Shown: one piece after another, positions 41,290-53,062 of the stretch
Numbering within the stretch: position 1 is the first letter of the stretch
How the letters are laid out: the number at the start of each line of letters is the position of its first letter
NCBI RefSeq assembly: GCF_963921235.1
Contig: NC_086109.1
Span: 248,001-312,000, forward strand
From: Mobula hypostoma
Taxonomy: Eukaryota
Direction: 5' to 3'
DNA: 64,000 bases
The notes under the pieces: model-generated
Databases searched by the model: none
What the model was told of the DNA's origin: nothing
What the model saw: the letters and a program-made list of their open reading frames with translations, nothing else
Translations under genes and position numbers: made by a program

Positions 41290-42260
41290 AGGTTGACTGT
41301 AAGGAGCTCGGAGCTTGTCTGGTAAGGTTGATGAACTGAGAGTGTTGATGGTCACTTTGGAAGATATTATTACAGTCACGTGGTTGAAGGAAGGCAGAGA
41401 GAGTAATTCAGGGTTCCAGGGTAGAGAGGTCCCAAGTGGAGCTGGGGAGGTCAAAGAGAAGGGGCGTCACTGTAGGACTTGGGCAGAATGTTGGAAACCT
41501 GTCCCAGTAAGGCCAGGTGGGTAGAGTTAGAGATAAGGAAGGGACCATCACTTTGCTGGGGTTACACTGCAGGATCACCAATGGTCATTGGGAGAGAGAG
41601 GAGCAGATATGGAGACAAATTACAGACTGGTATAAAAGCAAAGTTAGTGGTGGGCGGGGGGTTTAACTCTCCACATTATTGACTGGGTTCCTGTTGTCTG
41701 AGAGGCTGGGATAGGGAGGGATTTGTAATGTGCCTCCAAGGGAGTTTTTCAGTCAATACATAACCAGTCCCCTGTACGGGAGCTTCTCTTGGGAAATGAA
41801 ACAAGGCCATGAGGGTGGGAATTCAAAAATGCAAACACGAGGAAATCTGCAGATGCTGTCCTGACGAAGGGTCTCGGCCTGAATCGTCGACGGTAGATGC
41901 TGCCTGGCCTGCTGCCTTCACCAGCAATTTTTATGAGTGAGGGTGGGAGAACATTCTTCAGCCTTAGGATAGTTAAGGAGAGTGATAAGGATGTCCTACA
42001 AGCTGGAGGCCAGGACTGGGTTAAGGCCACTTGTAATAACATAAAGCAGCACCCAGTGGAAGTATACTGAGGTAGATAAGTGGGAATCTTTCAAAAGGGA
42101 GTGAGTGGCAGTTCAGGGCTGACTGGTTCCTGTGAGGGTGAAGGGTGAGGATGGCACAATTAGGGAATCCTGCAATGATGAGGTCAATAAAGGAACCATG
42201 TGATAGGCAGTGGTGAGTGGAGACAAGAGGACTTTTGAGAAATACACAGGGCCTAGGAGT
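41290..42260 (+). mobile_element. Old CR1 ORF2 fragment (endonuclease region); appears to resume at about 43890-44025
   Basis: GKVDELRV...ITVTWLKEG, WVELEIRKG, VVGGGFNSP; later IKEEFRRVKRGYE...DKLKETARAFY. Confidence 0.65.
41821..41937 (+). mobile_element. Penelope-like terminal-repeat insertion with inverted 5' piece and mutated hammerhead core
   Basis: Flanked by exact 11-bp direct repeat TGAGGGTGGGA (41810-41820, 41938-41948); contains GTC-CTGACGA-AGGGTCTCGGCCT-GAAT-CGTC-GAC. Confidence 0.7.
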
Positions 42261-42815
42261 AGGAACATAGAAAGCACAACGGTTTGGCTCACAATGTTGT
42301 ATCAAACTAACCAAACTAGTAATTAAATATCTAAATAACCTAACCCTTTCTACCCACACAATATCCAATTCCCTCTACTCTCTGTGCATTCATGTGCCTA
42401 AGATTCTCTTAAATACCTTTATTTTATTTGCCTTGACAACCCTCCCCAGCAAGCACGCTGTTTTGAACTTACTCCCCACCCCCACCTTAATTGCATGCCC
42501 CCTTTTACTAAACATACTGACCACTTCACCCCGGGGAAAGGATACTGGCTGTCTATCTATGTCTATTTATATCTTATAAACACACTATCAGGCTCCCCTC
42601 AACCTCTTTTGCTCCAGAGAAAACATGTTTGTCTAACCTCTCCTTATAATAAATGCCTTCTACTCCAGGGAGTACTCTGGTAACCCTCTCCTGCACCACC
42701 TCTAAAGCTTCCATATGCGGCAACCAGAATTGTATGCAATACTCCAGATACGGCCTAACCAGAGTTTTAAATAGCTGCAATGTAACTTCTGGACACTTGA
42801 ACTCAATGTCTCAAC
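42261..42815 (-). mobile_element. CR1 LINE 3' end
   Basis: ORF 42574-42780 QLFKTLVRPYLEYCIQFW...VQERVTRVLPG; 3' tail CTATGTTCCT. Confidence 0.8.
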
Positions 42816-42829
42816 TTATACCAAATAAT

Positions 42830-43870
42830 AATGAAGAGTGGGAAAAAAGACAGCCTTTTCTGACTGGCTGCTGGAGACTAGCGGTGTTCCAAAATGGTCT
42901 GTGTTGGGACCGATTCTTCTTACATTATATATCAAAGATTTGAATGATGGAATTGATGGTTTTATTGCAAAGTTTGCAGACAATATGAAGATATGTGGAA
43001 GGGTAGTTAGTTTCAATGAAGTAGAAAGGCTACTGAAGGATTTAGACAGGTTAGGATAATGGGCAAATAAATGGCAGATGGAATACAGTGTCGGGAAGTG
43101 TATGGCCATGCACTATGGTAGAAGAAATGAAAGGGTTGACTATTTTCTAAATGGAGAGAAAATACAAAAACTGAGATGCAAAGGGTCTTGGGAATCCTTG
43201 TGCAGAATTCCCCTAAGGATAGTTTGCAGGTTGACTCTGTGGTGGGGAGGGCAAACGCCATGTTAGCATTCATTTAAAAAGGACTAGAATTTAAAAGCCA
43301 GGATGTAATGTTGAAACCTTATAAAGCACTGGTCAGGCCTCACTTGGAGTATTGTGAGCAGTTTTGAGGCCTTATCTTAGAAAGGATGTGCTGAAATTGG
43401 AGAGGGTTCAAAGGAGGTTCATGAAAATGATTCCAGGATTGAATGGCTTGTCATATGAAGAGCATCTGATGGTTCTGGGCCTGTGTTCACTAGAATTCAG
43501 GAGAATGTGGGGTGACTTCATTGAAACCTATTGAATGCTGAAGGCCTTGATAGAATGGATGTGGAGAGGATGTTTACTTTGGTGGGAGAGTCCGAGAGAA
43601 GATGTCAGAGCCTCAGAATAGAAGGGCATCCCTTCGAATAAAAATGAGGAGAAATGTCTTTAGCCAGATGGGGGCAAATCTGTGGAATTCTTTGCCACAG
43701 GCAGCTGTGGAGGCCAAGTTTTTATGTATACTTAAGGCAGAGGTTGATAGATTCTTGATCAGTCAGGGCATGATGGGAGACGGGGAGAAGGCAGGAGACT
43801 GGGGCTGAGAGGAAAAATGGATCAGCCATGATGAAATGGTGGAGCAGACCTGATGGGCCAGATGCCTTCT
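42830..43870 (+). mobile_element. CR1 LINE RT to 3' end (degenerate)
   Basis: TSGVPKWSVLGP...[45 protein letters not shown]; same subfamily as 59898-62473. Confidence 0.85.
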
Positions 43871-44269
43871 TAACCACCTTACCAATCTGTGAAGCCACTT
43901 TGGGAGCTAAGGCCTTGGAATCCAGGAACCCCCTGTACATCAAGGAAGAATTTAGGAGGGTAAAGAGGGGGTATGAAATACCAGTGGCAGACAAGCTTAA
44001 GGAAACTGCCAGGGCATTCTATTGGTGCAGCAGGTGCTAAACCTGACATTGTTATGCTGGCACTCCTGATGTTTGCATTTATTGGGTTTATAACACTACT
44101 TGGAACTGAAATATAATCTAGCATAAATAATAAAATGTAGTAGTGAAAATTGCATTGCTTAACTGAAGTTTAACCAACAAAACCACGTTTAATCGGTTTG
44201 TCACAACTCTTTGTGGCCAACCGAAGGGCCTGTCCCTGTACTGTACTGTTCTAAATTCTGTAGACTGAA

Positions 44270-44725
44270 ACCATCGAGTATAGGAGCTGGGAAATCTCTG
44301 GCGAGGCTGCACTTGGAGTACTGTGTTATTTTTGGTTACCCTTTTTATAGGAAAGACACTGGAAAGAGTGTAGAAATATTTATGAGGGATGTTGCCAGGA
44401 CTAGAGGGCTGAATTATAGGGTGAGGTCATCCAGGTTAAGTCTTTATTCCTTGGGACGTAGGACTATGAGGGGCTTGAGATTACGAGTGGCAGAGAAAAG
44501 GTGGATGGTAGCAGTCCCTTCCCCATGGTGGGGGGATGTTTAAAATCAGGGGTCGCAGGGTTAGAATGAGAGGGAAAGAATTGAAGGGAACCTGAGAGAG
44601 AACTTTTTCACACAGAGAGTGATGAGCATATAGAACAGGTACAGTAGTATGTTTAAGAAGCACTTGGAAAGGTACAGTGAGGGGAGGGGCTTAAAGAGAT
44701 ATGGCCTAAAAGTAGGAAATTAACT
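44270..44725 (+). mobile_element. Old CR1 3' fragment
   Basis: RLHLEYCVIFGYPFYRKD...LSLYSL; AAGGGAACCTGAGAGAGAACTTTTTCACACAGAGAGTG. Confidence 0.65.
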
Positions 44726-44796
44726 TGAGAGCTAGGAACATCCTGAGGTTTGATTGATTTAATCGCGGGGCGAATTGGAAAGGTCAGGTACAGGCC

Positions 44797-45075
44797 GAGT
44801 CAAGGTGGTGGGGCCTGAGTCTGAGAGACTACGGCCTGGGGTCAAGGTGGTAGGGCCCGGGGTCAAGGTGGTGGGGCCGAGTCCGAGAGAGTACGGCCCG
44901 GGGTCAAGGTGGTGGGGCCGAGTCTGAGAGAGTATGGCCCAGGGTCAAGGTGGTGGGGCCCGGAGTCAAGGTGGTGGGGCTCGAGTCTGAGAGAGTACGG
45001 CCCAGGGTCAAGGTGGTAGGGCCCGGGGTCAAGGTGGTGGGGCCCGAGTTCGAGAGAGTACGGCCCGGGGTCAAG
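44797..45075 (+). repeat. Two-unit composite minisatellite: A = GGGTCAAGGTGGTGGGGCCC, B = GAGTCTGAGAGAGTACGGCCC
   Basis: Read directly as A B A A B A B A A B A A B followed by a partial A. Confidence 0.9.
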
Positions 45076-45401
45076 AGCAAGGAACGACCCAAGCTTTGGA
45101 CAATTTAAATGCTGGGCCTGATTGAAAAGGTCAGGATGTCGGGGCCAGCGGCGAGGGCCAGTGCCAGTGTTCAGCTCACTGCTGCATGAAGTTTACTGAA
45201 CTGAGGCTGTGGATCCTCGGCCACCTGCTGTGATGATCAGCTTTGTGGCTGTGGGCTCACTTTGGTTAACTTCAGTTGTCTGCTTGCTTTTGTTATTTGC
45301 ATGATTTGTTTTTTTCCTGTTCATTGGGTGTTTGGTAGTTTTTTTTAAACTGGGTCTTGTGGCTGCCTGTAAGGAGATTAATTTCAATGTTGTTTATAGT
45401 A

Positions 45402-45820
45402 TTAGATGATGAGATTAGATTCAACTTTATTGTCATTGTGCTGAGTACAGATACAAAGCCAATGAAATGCAGTTAGCATCTGACCAGAAATGACAAGAAT
45501 AGTGTTACTTACAAAACAACTGTGAATAAAAGAAGTGCTACAGCACACAAATATAAAAGTACTGAGACAGTACAATACGGATGCAATACTGCTTAGCACT
45601 GTGATGTGAGGTTCAGCAGGGTCACAGCCTCAGGGAAGAAGCTCTTCCTGAGCCTGCTGGTGCGGGAGTGGAGGTTCCTGTAGCGCCTACCCGATGGGAG
45701 GAGAGTAAAAAGTCCATGGTTAGGGTGAGATGCATCCCTGATAATGTCTTTTGTCTTGCCCAGGCAGCGTTTATGGTAGATGTTCTCAATGGTGGGCAAT
45801 TGGGTGCCGATAATCCGCTT
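45402..45820 (-). mobile_element. Rex1/Babar LINE 3' fragment
   Basis: ORF 45593-45799 IIRDASHPNHGLFTLLPSGRRYRNLHSRTSRLRKSFFPEAVTLLN; AATAAA followed by an ATCTA-type tail. Confidence 0.85.
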
Positions 45821-47806
45821 TTTATTATCTAATTAAATTATCATTTTGAACTTTGAACTTTGATCTGGGAGGGCACTTTGATTGGCTTGGACTCAATAGG
45901 CAAAAACACCTGTATCTGCATTGTATGAAAATAAATATGTACACATTAATCAGAAGTATCAGAATCAGGTTTAATATCACCGGCATACTATATGTGTGAA
46001 ATTTATTGTCTTTGCAGCAGTACTACACTGAAATACAGTTCAGCAGTAGGTTTATATGTTTATATGCAGGGTGGTGGGAACCAAAGTGAAGAGGCAGAGC
46101 AGGGGGCACTTGGCACACAAGTAGAGACAGCTTGTAGGGAGTTTGTGAGGAAGGATAAGCAGATGACAGAGCAAAGATGCACTCAGTCAGCTGGTTTGAG
46201 ATGTGTCTAATGCAAGGAGTATCATAAGCAAGGCAGGTGAATTTACAGCATGGATCAAAATATGGAATTATGATGTTGTGGCCATTACAGAGAATTGTAT
46301 GTCTCAGGGGATGGAACAACTGCTGAGTGTGCCAGGCTTTAGATGTTTAAAAAAAAACAGGGAGCTCGGCAAAAGCGTTGGGGGAGTGGCACTGCTAATC
46401 AGGGATAGTATCATGGCTGCAGAGAAGGAGGAAGTCATGGAGGGATTGCCCACTGAGTCATTGTGGGTAGAAGTCAGAAACAGGAAAGCACAATAACTCT
46501 TTTATTGAGCCCCCAATAGTAACAGAGACATCGAGCAGCAGATAGGGAGGCAGATTCTGGAACAGTGCAATAACAATAGGGTTGTTGTAGTGGGTGATTT
46601 TAACTTTCCTAATATTGACTGGCATCTCCTTAGAGCAAGGGGTTTAGATGGGGTGGAGTTTTGTTAGGTGTGTTCGGGTAGGTTTCCTGACGAGCCAGAG
46701 GAAAGGCTGTACTTGATCTGATATTGGGAAATGAACCTGTTTAGGTGTTAGATCTCTCAGTGGGAGAGCATTTTGGAGATAGTGATCACAACTCTGGAGA
46801 GGGTTAAGAGCAGCAACTTGGGAAAACATTTAATTGGGGTGGGGGAAATTAGTTGGAATTTGGGAATATAAATTGGGAGCAAATGTTCTCAGGGAAATGC
46901 ACAGCAGAAATGTGGCAAATGTTCAGGGAATATTTGTGTGGCGTTCTGCATAGGCATGTTGCATGGAGGCAGGGAAAGGATGGTAGGGTAAAAGAACCAT
47001 GGTGTTCAAAGGACTTAGAAAGTCCGGTTAAGAAGAAAAGAAAAGCTAATGAAAGGTTGAAGAAACAAGGTACTGTTAGAGCTCTAGAAAATTACAAGGG
47101 TAGGAAGGAGCTCAAGAATGAAATTAGGAGAACTAGAAGGGGCCATGAGAAGGCCTTGGCAAACAGGATTAAGGAAAACTCCAAGCCATTCTACAAGTTT
47201 GTGAAGAGCAAGAGGATGAGCCGTGTGAGAATAGGACCAATCAGGAACAATAGTGGAAATGTGCATGGAGCCGGAGGAAGTAGCAGAGGTACTTAATGAA
47301 TACTTTGCTTCAGTATTCACCAGTAAGAAGGACCTTGGCAATTGTAGGGATGACGTACAGTGGACTGAAATGCTTGAGTGTATAGACATTAAGAAAAAGG
47401 ATGTGCTGGAACTCTTGAAAGATATTAAGTTAGATAAGTCACTGGGACCGGATGAGGTATACCCCAGACTTCTGTGGGAAGCGAGGGGGAGATCACTGAG
47501 CCTCTGTTGATGAGCTTTGCATCATTAATAGGGACGGGAGAAGCACCAGAGGATTGGAAGGTTGCAAAGGTTACTCCCTTGTTCAAGAAAGGGAGTAGAG
47601 ATAACCCAGGAAATTATAGACCAGTGAGTCTTACTTCCGTAGTGGGCAAGTTGTTGGAGAAGGTCCTGAGAGGCAGGATTTATGAGCATTTGGAGAGACA
47701 TAATCTGATTAGGGTTAGTCAGCATGGCTTTGTCAAGGGTGGGTCATGCCTTATGAATATGATTGAATTCTTTGAGGATATAAAACACATTGATGAAGGT
47801 AGAGCA

Positions 47807-47918
47807 ACATACATCAAAGTTGCTGGTGAACGCAGCAGGCCAAGCAGCATCTATAGGAAGAGGCGCAGTCGACGTTTCAGGCCGAGACCCTTCGTCAGGA
47901 CTAACTGAAGGAAGAGTG
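47807..47918 (-). mobile_element. Penelope-like terminal-repeat fragment containing a hammerhead motif
   Basis: Interrupts CR1 RT; flanked by AGGTAGAGCA (47797-47806) and AGGTAGAACA (47919-47928); homologous to 41858-41932, 52239-52325 and 61290-61380. Confidence 0.75.
47866..47903 (-). ncRNA. Minimal type I hammerhead ribozyme motif (Penelope-type)
   Basis: Minus strand UAGUC-CUGACGA-AGG(GUCUCGG)CCU-GAAA-CG-UC-GACUG: both conserved boxes, stem II, palindromic ACGU helix III, GUC cleavage triplet, stem I UAGUC/GACUG. Confidence 0.75.
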
Positions 47919-47964
47919 AGGTAGAACAGTGGATGTAGTGTATATGGATTTCAGTATGGCATTT

Positions 47965-49945
47965 AGAAACCATACAAACTACAGCACAGAAACAGGCCCT
48001 TTGGCCCTTCTTGGCTGTGCCGAACCATTTTCTGCCTAGTCCCACTGACCTGCACACGGACCATATCCCTCCATACACCTCCCATCCATGTATCTGTCCA
48101 ATTTATTCTTAAACGTTAAAAAAGAACCCGCATTTACCACCTCGTCTGGCAGCTCATTCCATACTCCCACCACTCTCTGTGTGAAGAAGCCGCCCCTAAT
48201 GTTCCCTTTAAACTTTTCCCCCCTCACCCTTAACCCATGTCCTCTGGTTTTTTTCTCCCCTTGCCTCAGTGGAAAAAGCCTGCTTGCATTCACTCTATCT
48301 ATACCCATCATAATTTTATATACCTCTATCAAATCTCCCCTCATTCTTCTACACTCCAGGGAATAAAGTCCTAACCTATTCAACCTTTCTCTGTGACTGA
48401 GTTTCTCAAGTCCCGGCAACATCCTTGTAAACCTTCTCTGCACTCTTTCAACCTTATTTATATCCTTCTTGTAATTTGGTGACCAAAACTGAACACAATA
48501 CTCCAGATTCGGCCTCACCAATGCCTTATACAACCTCATCATAACATTCCAGCTCTTATACTCAATACTTCGATTAATAAAGACCAATGTACCAAAAGCT
48601 CTCTTTACGACCCTATCTACCTGTGACGACACTTTTAGGGAATTTTGTATCTGTATTCCCAGATCCCTCTGTTCCACTGCACTCCTCAGTGCCTTACCAT
48701 TAACCCTGTATGTTCTACGTTGGTTTGTCCTTCCAACGTGCAATACCTCACACTTGTCAGTATTCGACTTCATCTGCCATTTTTCAGCCCATTTTTCCAG
48801 CTGGTCCAAGTCCCTCTGCAGGCTCTGAAAGCCTTCCTCACTGTCTACTACACCTCCAATCTTTGTATCATCAGCAAACTTGCTGATCCAATTTACCACA
48901 TTATCATCCAGATCATTGATATAGATGACAAATAACAATGGACCCAGCACTGATCCCTGTGGCACACCACTCGTCACAGGCCTCCACTCAGAGAAGCAAT
49001 TCTCTACCACCAATCTCTGGCTTCTTCCATTGAGCCAATGTCTAATCCAATTTACCACCTCTTCATGTATACCTAGCGACTGAATTTTCCTAACTAACCT
49101 CCCATGCGGGACCTTGTCAAAGGCCTTACTGAAATCCATGTAGACAATATCCACTGCCTTCCCTTCATCCACTTTCCTGGTAACCTCCTCGAAAAACTCC
49201 AACAGATTGGTCAAACATGACCTACCACGCACAAAGCCATGTTGACTCTCCCTAATAAGCCCCTGTCTATCCAAATGCTTGTAGATTCTGTCTCTTAGTA
49301 CTCCCTCCAATAACTTACCTACTACTGACATTAAACTCACTGGCCTATAATTTACCGGATTACTTTTCGATCCTTTTTTAAGCAACGGAACAACATGAGC
49401 CACTCTCCAATCCTCCGGCACTTCACCCGTAGACAGTGACATTTTAAATATTTCTGCCAGGGCCCCCGCAATTTCAACACTAGTCTCCTTCAAGGTCCGA
49501 GGGAACACTCTGTCAGGTCCCGGGGATTTATCCACTTTAATTTTCCTCAAGACAGCAAGCACCTCCTCCTTTTCAATCTGTACAGTTTCCATGGTCTCAC
49601 TACTTGATTCCCTCAATTCCATAGATTTCATGCCAGCTTCCTTAGTAAATACAGACACAAAATACCTATTTAAGATCTCCCCCATTTCCTTTGGTTCCGC
49701 ACAAAGCCGACCACTCTGATCTTCAAGAGGACCAATTTTATCCCTTACAATCCTTTTGCTCTTAATATACTTGTAAAAGCTCTTTGGATTATCCTTCACT
49801 TTGACTGCCAAGGCAACCTCATGTCTTCTTTTTGCCCTCCTGATTTCTTTCTTAAGTATTTTCTTGCACTTCTTATACTCCTCAAGCACCTGATTTACCC
49901 CCTGTTTCCTATACATTTCATACAACTGTCTCTTCTTCTTTATCA
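47965..49945 (-). mobile_element. Young 5'-truncated CR1 LINE
   Basis: Single uninterrupted frame through RT and C-terminus, short 3' UTR ending GTATGGTTTCT; inserted between GCATTT and GATAAGG of the outer CR1. Confidence 0.92.
48036..49945 (-). CDS. CR1 ORF2 reverse transcriptase, 5'-truncated open frame (lacks endonuclease and native start)
   Basis: [89 protein letters not shown] in the 642-aa ORF. Confidence 0.85.
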
Positions 49946-50455
49946 GATAAGGTTCCCCATGCAAGGCTCATTCAGAAGGTAATGAAGCATAGGATCCAAG
50001 GAGATCTTGCTTTGTGGCTTTGTGAATTGGCTTGCCCAAGAGTGGTTGTGGATGGCTCGTATTCTTCATGGAGGATGGTGACCAGTGGTGTTCCACAGGG
50101 ATCTGTTCTGGGACCCCTCCTCTTTGTGATTTTTATAAATGGCCTGGATGAGGAAGTAGAAGGGTGGGTTAGTAAGTTTTCTGATGACACAAAAGTTGGG
50201 GGTGTTGTGCATAGTCTGGAGGGTTGTCAAATAGGATGCAGAACTGGGCTGAGAAATGGCAGATGGAGTTCAACTCAGTTAAGTGTGAAGTGGTTAATTT
50301 CGGTAGGTCAAATTTGAGGACAGAATATAATATTAATGGTAAGACTCCAGTGTGGAGGATCAGAGGGATCTTGGGGTCCGAGTCCATAGGACACACAAAG
50401 CTGCTGCGCGGGTTGACTCTGTGGTTAAGAAGGCATATGGTGTATTGGCCTTCAT

Positions 50456-50965
50456 AGTCATGGTCATACTTTATTGATCCTGGGGGAAATTGACTTTCGT
50501 TACAGTTGCACCATAAATAATAAATAGTAATAAAACCATAAATAGTTAAATAGTAATATGTAAATTATGCCAGTAAATTATGAAATAAGTCCAGGACCAG
50601 CCTATTGGCTCAGGGTGTCTGACCCTCCAAGGGAGGAGTTGTGAAGTTTGATGGCCACAGGCAGGAATGACTTCCTATGACGCTCAGTGTTGCATCTCGG
50701 TGGAATGAGTCTCTGGCTGAATGTACTCCTGTGCCCACCCAGTACATTATGTAGTGGATGGGAGACATTGTCCAAGATGGCATGCAACTTGGACAGCATC
50801 CTCTTTTCAGACACCACCGTGAGAGAGTCCAGTTCCATCCCCACAACATCACTGGCCTTCCGAATGCGTTTGTTGATTCTGTTGGTGTCTGCTACCCCCA
50901 GCCTGCTGCCCCAGCACACAACAGCAAACATGATTGCACTGGCCACCACAGACGCGTAGAACATA
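50456..50965 (-). mobile_element. Rex1/Babar LINE 3' fragment
   Basis: ORF 50602-50970 MFYASVVASAIMFAVVCWGS...ILDNVSHPLH...TERHRKSFLPVAIKLHN; AATAAA then ATGACC/ATGACT tail; interrupts CR1 between GGCCTTCAT and CAACTGTGGG. Confidence 0.85.
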
Positions 50966-51579
50966 ATCAACTGTGGGATTGAGTTTAAGAGCCGAGAGGT
51001 AATGTTGCAGCTATATAGGACCCTGGTCAGGCCCCACTTGGAGTACCGTGCTCATTTCTGGTCATCTCACTACAGGAAGGATGTGCAAACTATAGAAAGG
51101 GTGCAGAGGAGATTTACAAGGACGTTGCCTGGATTGTGGAGCATGCCTTATGAGAATAGGTTGAGTGAACTTGGCCTTTTTTCCTTGGAGTGATGGGGAT
51201 GAGGTGACCTGACAGAGGTGTATAAGGTAGAGGCTTTAATCATGTGGTTAGCCAGAGGCTTTTTTCCCAGGGCTGAATTGGCTAACATGAGGAGGAATTG
51301 TTTTAAGGTGCTTGGAAGTAGGTCCAAGGGGGATGTCAGTGGTACGTTTTTCCACGCAGAGAGTGGTGGGTGTGTGGAATGCACTGCCAGCGATGGTGAT
51401 AGAGGCGGATATGATAGGGTCTTTCAAGGGTCTCTCAGATAGCTACATGGAGCTTAGAAAAACAGAGGGCTATGTGGTACGGAAATCCTAGGCAGTTTCT
51501 AGGTTACATGGTCGGCACAACATTATGGGCTGAAGAGTCTGTAATGTGCTGTAGATTTCCATGTTTCTCTGTTCTATTT

Positions 51580-51835
51580 ATATTAAATAGTTAATATAAA
51601 TAAGTAGTGTCAAATAAAAATATAAAAAAGTAGTGCTGAAATATCCATTCAGAGATCAGATGGCAGAGGGGAAGAAGCTGTTTCTGAAACATGGAGTGTG
51701 GGTCTTCAGGCTCCTGTACCTCCTTCCTGATGGTAGCAATGAGAAGAGGACATGTCCTGGGTGATGGGGGTCTCTAATGATGGACGCTGCCTTTTCAAGG
51801 CACCGCTCCTTGAAGATGTCCTGGATGCTATGGAG
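51580..51835 (-). mobile_element. Rex1/Babar LINE 3' fragment
   Basis: Reverse complement encodes SIQDIFKERCLEKAASIIRDPHHPGHVLFSLLPSGRRYRSLKTHT; same family as 1-390. Confidence 0.85.
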
Positions 51836-52238
51836 TTCTCCTGTGAGAGGAACTTATGCACATTGTGTAAATTTACTTTGTTTCACTAGTGAAAGGCTTT
51901 AGAAAGCATTGCAATTCTTGCTTGCAAATCAGGTATAAAAAATGTACAAGTTATTTTTTATCTCCAACTCTGGAGCAACCAACATGTACCTGACCATCGA
52001 AAAAGTTGATGATTAAGGTAGGCGGTCTTTGTGCCTTGTTAGTGCTCACAGCAAAACTAGGTCAGACACACAGCTAAAGTCCCTGAATTGAAAAATTAGG
52101 CCAGATGGGATAATTGATATTAGAGAGATGAAGACATTTTTCCTAATTACATAGTCAAGGGGAAACAGAACACTGAAACAGGTATGATTTACTGAGGTGG
52201 GTGGATTGCCGTTGAAAGGCCAACCTCAGTGGTCCTCA

Positions 52239-52325
52239 GGTCCTGCTGAAGGGTCTCAGCTCAAAACGTTGACTGTACTTTTTTCCAGAGATGTTGCCTG
52301 GCCTGCTGAGTTCCTCCAGCATTTT
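52239..52325 (+). mobile_element. Penelope-like terminal fragment with decayed hammerhead core
   Basis: GGTC-CTGCTGA-AGGGTCTCAGCTC-AAAA-CGTT-GACTG followed by GATGTTGCCTGGCCTGCTGAGTTCCTCCAGCATTTT. Confidence 0.65.
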
Positions 52326-52334
52326 AGATTTTCT

Positions 52335-52780
52335 CTTGTTTGTCACTTGTACTTCCAGGTGCCTCTGTTCTACATCTCTCCCCAGGGCCTGACCATTCAC
52401 TGTCTGGTCTGATCTCCTAGATTGAAAGCCATTTGCCAATCCTCCACTCACATATCCAGCTGAACAAGATCCCCCAGTAATTTTTCACAACCTTCTACAC
52501 AAACTGCAACATCACCTCCTCTATGAATATTTGCAAATTTACAAACCATACCTTGTATGTTCACATCGAAATCATTCATATAAACAGCCCCTGTGTCACA
52601 TAGGCCTCCAGTCTGAGAAACAACCCTTGACCATCTACCACTTCCTTCTACTGAAACAATTGTGAGTCCAACCTGCTCTCTCCCCCTGGAGTGGAGCCCA
52701 AGCCATCTCACCTTCCAGTCCAGCCCACCATGAGCGACCTTGTTAAATGCCTTGCTGAAGTTCATAGAAACCACACATAC
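52335..52780 (-). mobile_element. Old CR1 RT fragment
   Basis: ORF 52448-52774 MNFSKAFNKVAHG...YMNDFDVNIQGMVCKFAN. Confidence 0.75.
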
Positions 52781-52799
52781 TTGCTTCCCCTCATATCAG

Positions 52800-53030
52800 C
52801 AACATCACCATCATCTGCCATGTCTTTCCATGACCATGATTGTTCTTGGCAAATTTTTATATAGAACTGGTTTGCCATTGCCATCTTCTGGTCTTTACAA
52901 GGAGGTTCACCCCAACTATTATCAATATTATTTAGAAATTCTCTGCCTAGCGTCATTTGCCTGGTAATCAGGGCTTGTGATATGCATCAGCTGCTCTTAC
53001 AAACATCCACCGAAGCTCCTACGGCTTCGC
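52800..53030 (-). mobile_element. SINE-like element with RTE/Bov-B-related 3' region
   Basis: Minus strand GGCAATGGCAAACCAGTTCT...TTTGCCAAGAACAATCATGG with a (GAT)n-like tail, resembling RTE-type 3' ends. Confidence 0.45.
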
Positions 53031-53062
53031 ATCGAAGTTTGTTAATTTAGCAGCAGCAGCAT

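Larger units (their letters stand above)
44740..45865 (+). mobile_element. Non-coding SINE-like element ending in (TTGAACT)n, interrupted by a Rex fragment
   Basis: GC-rich repetitive head, T-rich body, tail TTGAACTTTGAACTTTGA at about 45846-45863; a similar tail occurs at about 41250-41272. Family not identified. Confidence 0.4.
46060..51575 (+). mobile_element. Long degenerate CR1 LINE (endonuclease, RT, 3' end) carrying three nested insertions
   Basis: NARSIISK...[54 protein letters not shown] (split by the inner CR1), [28 protein letters not shown]; tail CCATGTTTCTCTGTTCT. Confidence 0.9.

Noticed and set aside
49946..49964. Start codon MHGEPY of the 642-aa RT ORF
   Set aside because: These codons are the antisense strand of the outer CR1 (GATAAGGTTCCCCATGCA), not part of the inner element.
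51840..52235. Unassigned sequence as a possible host exon
   Set aside because: No convincing ORF or splice-site pair; it may be decayed repeat.
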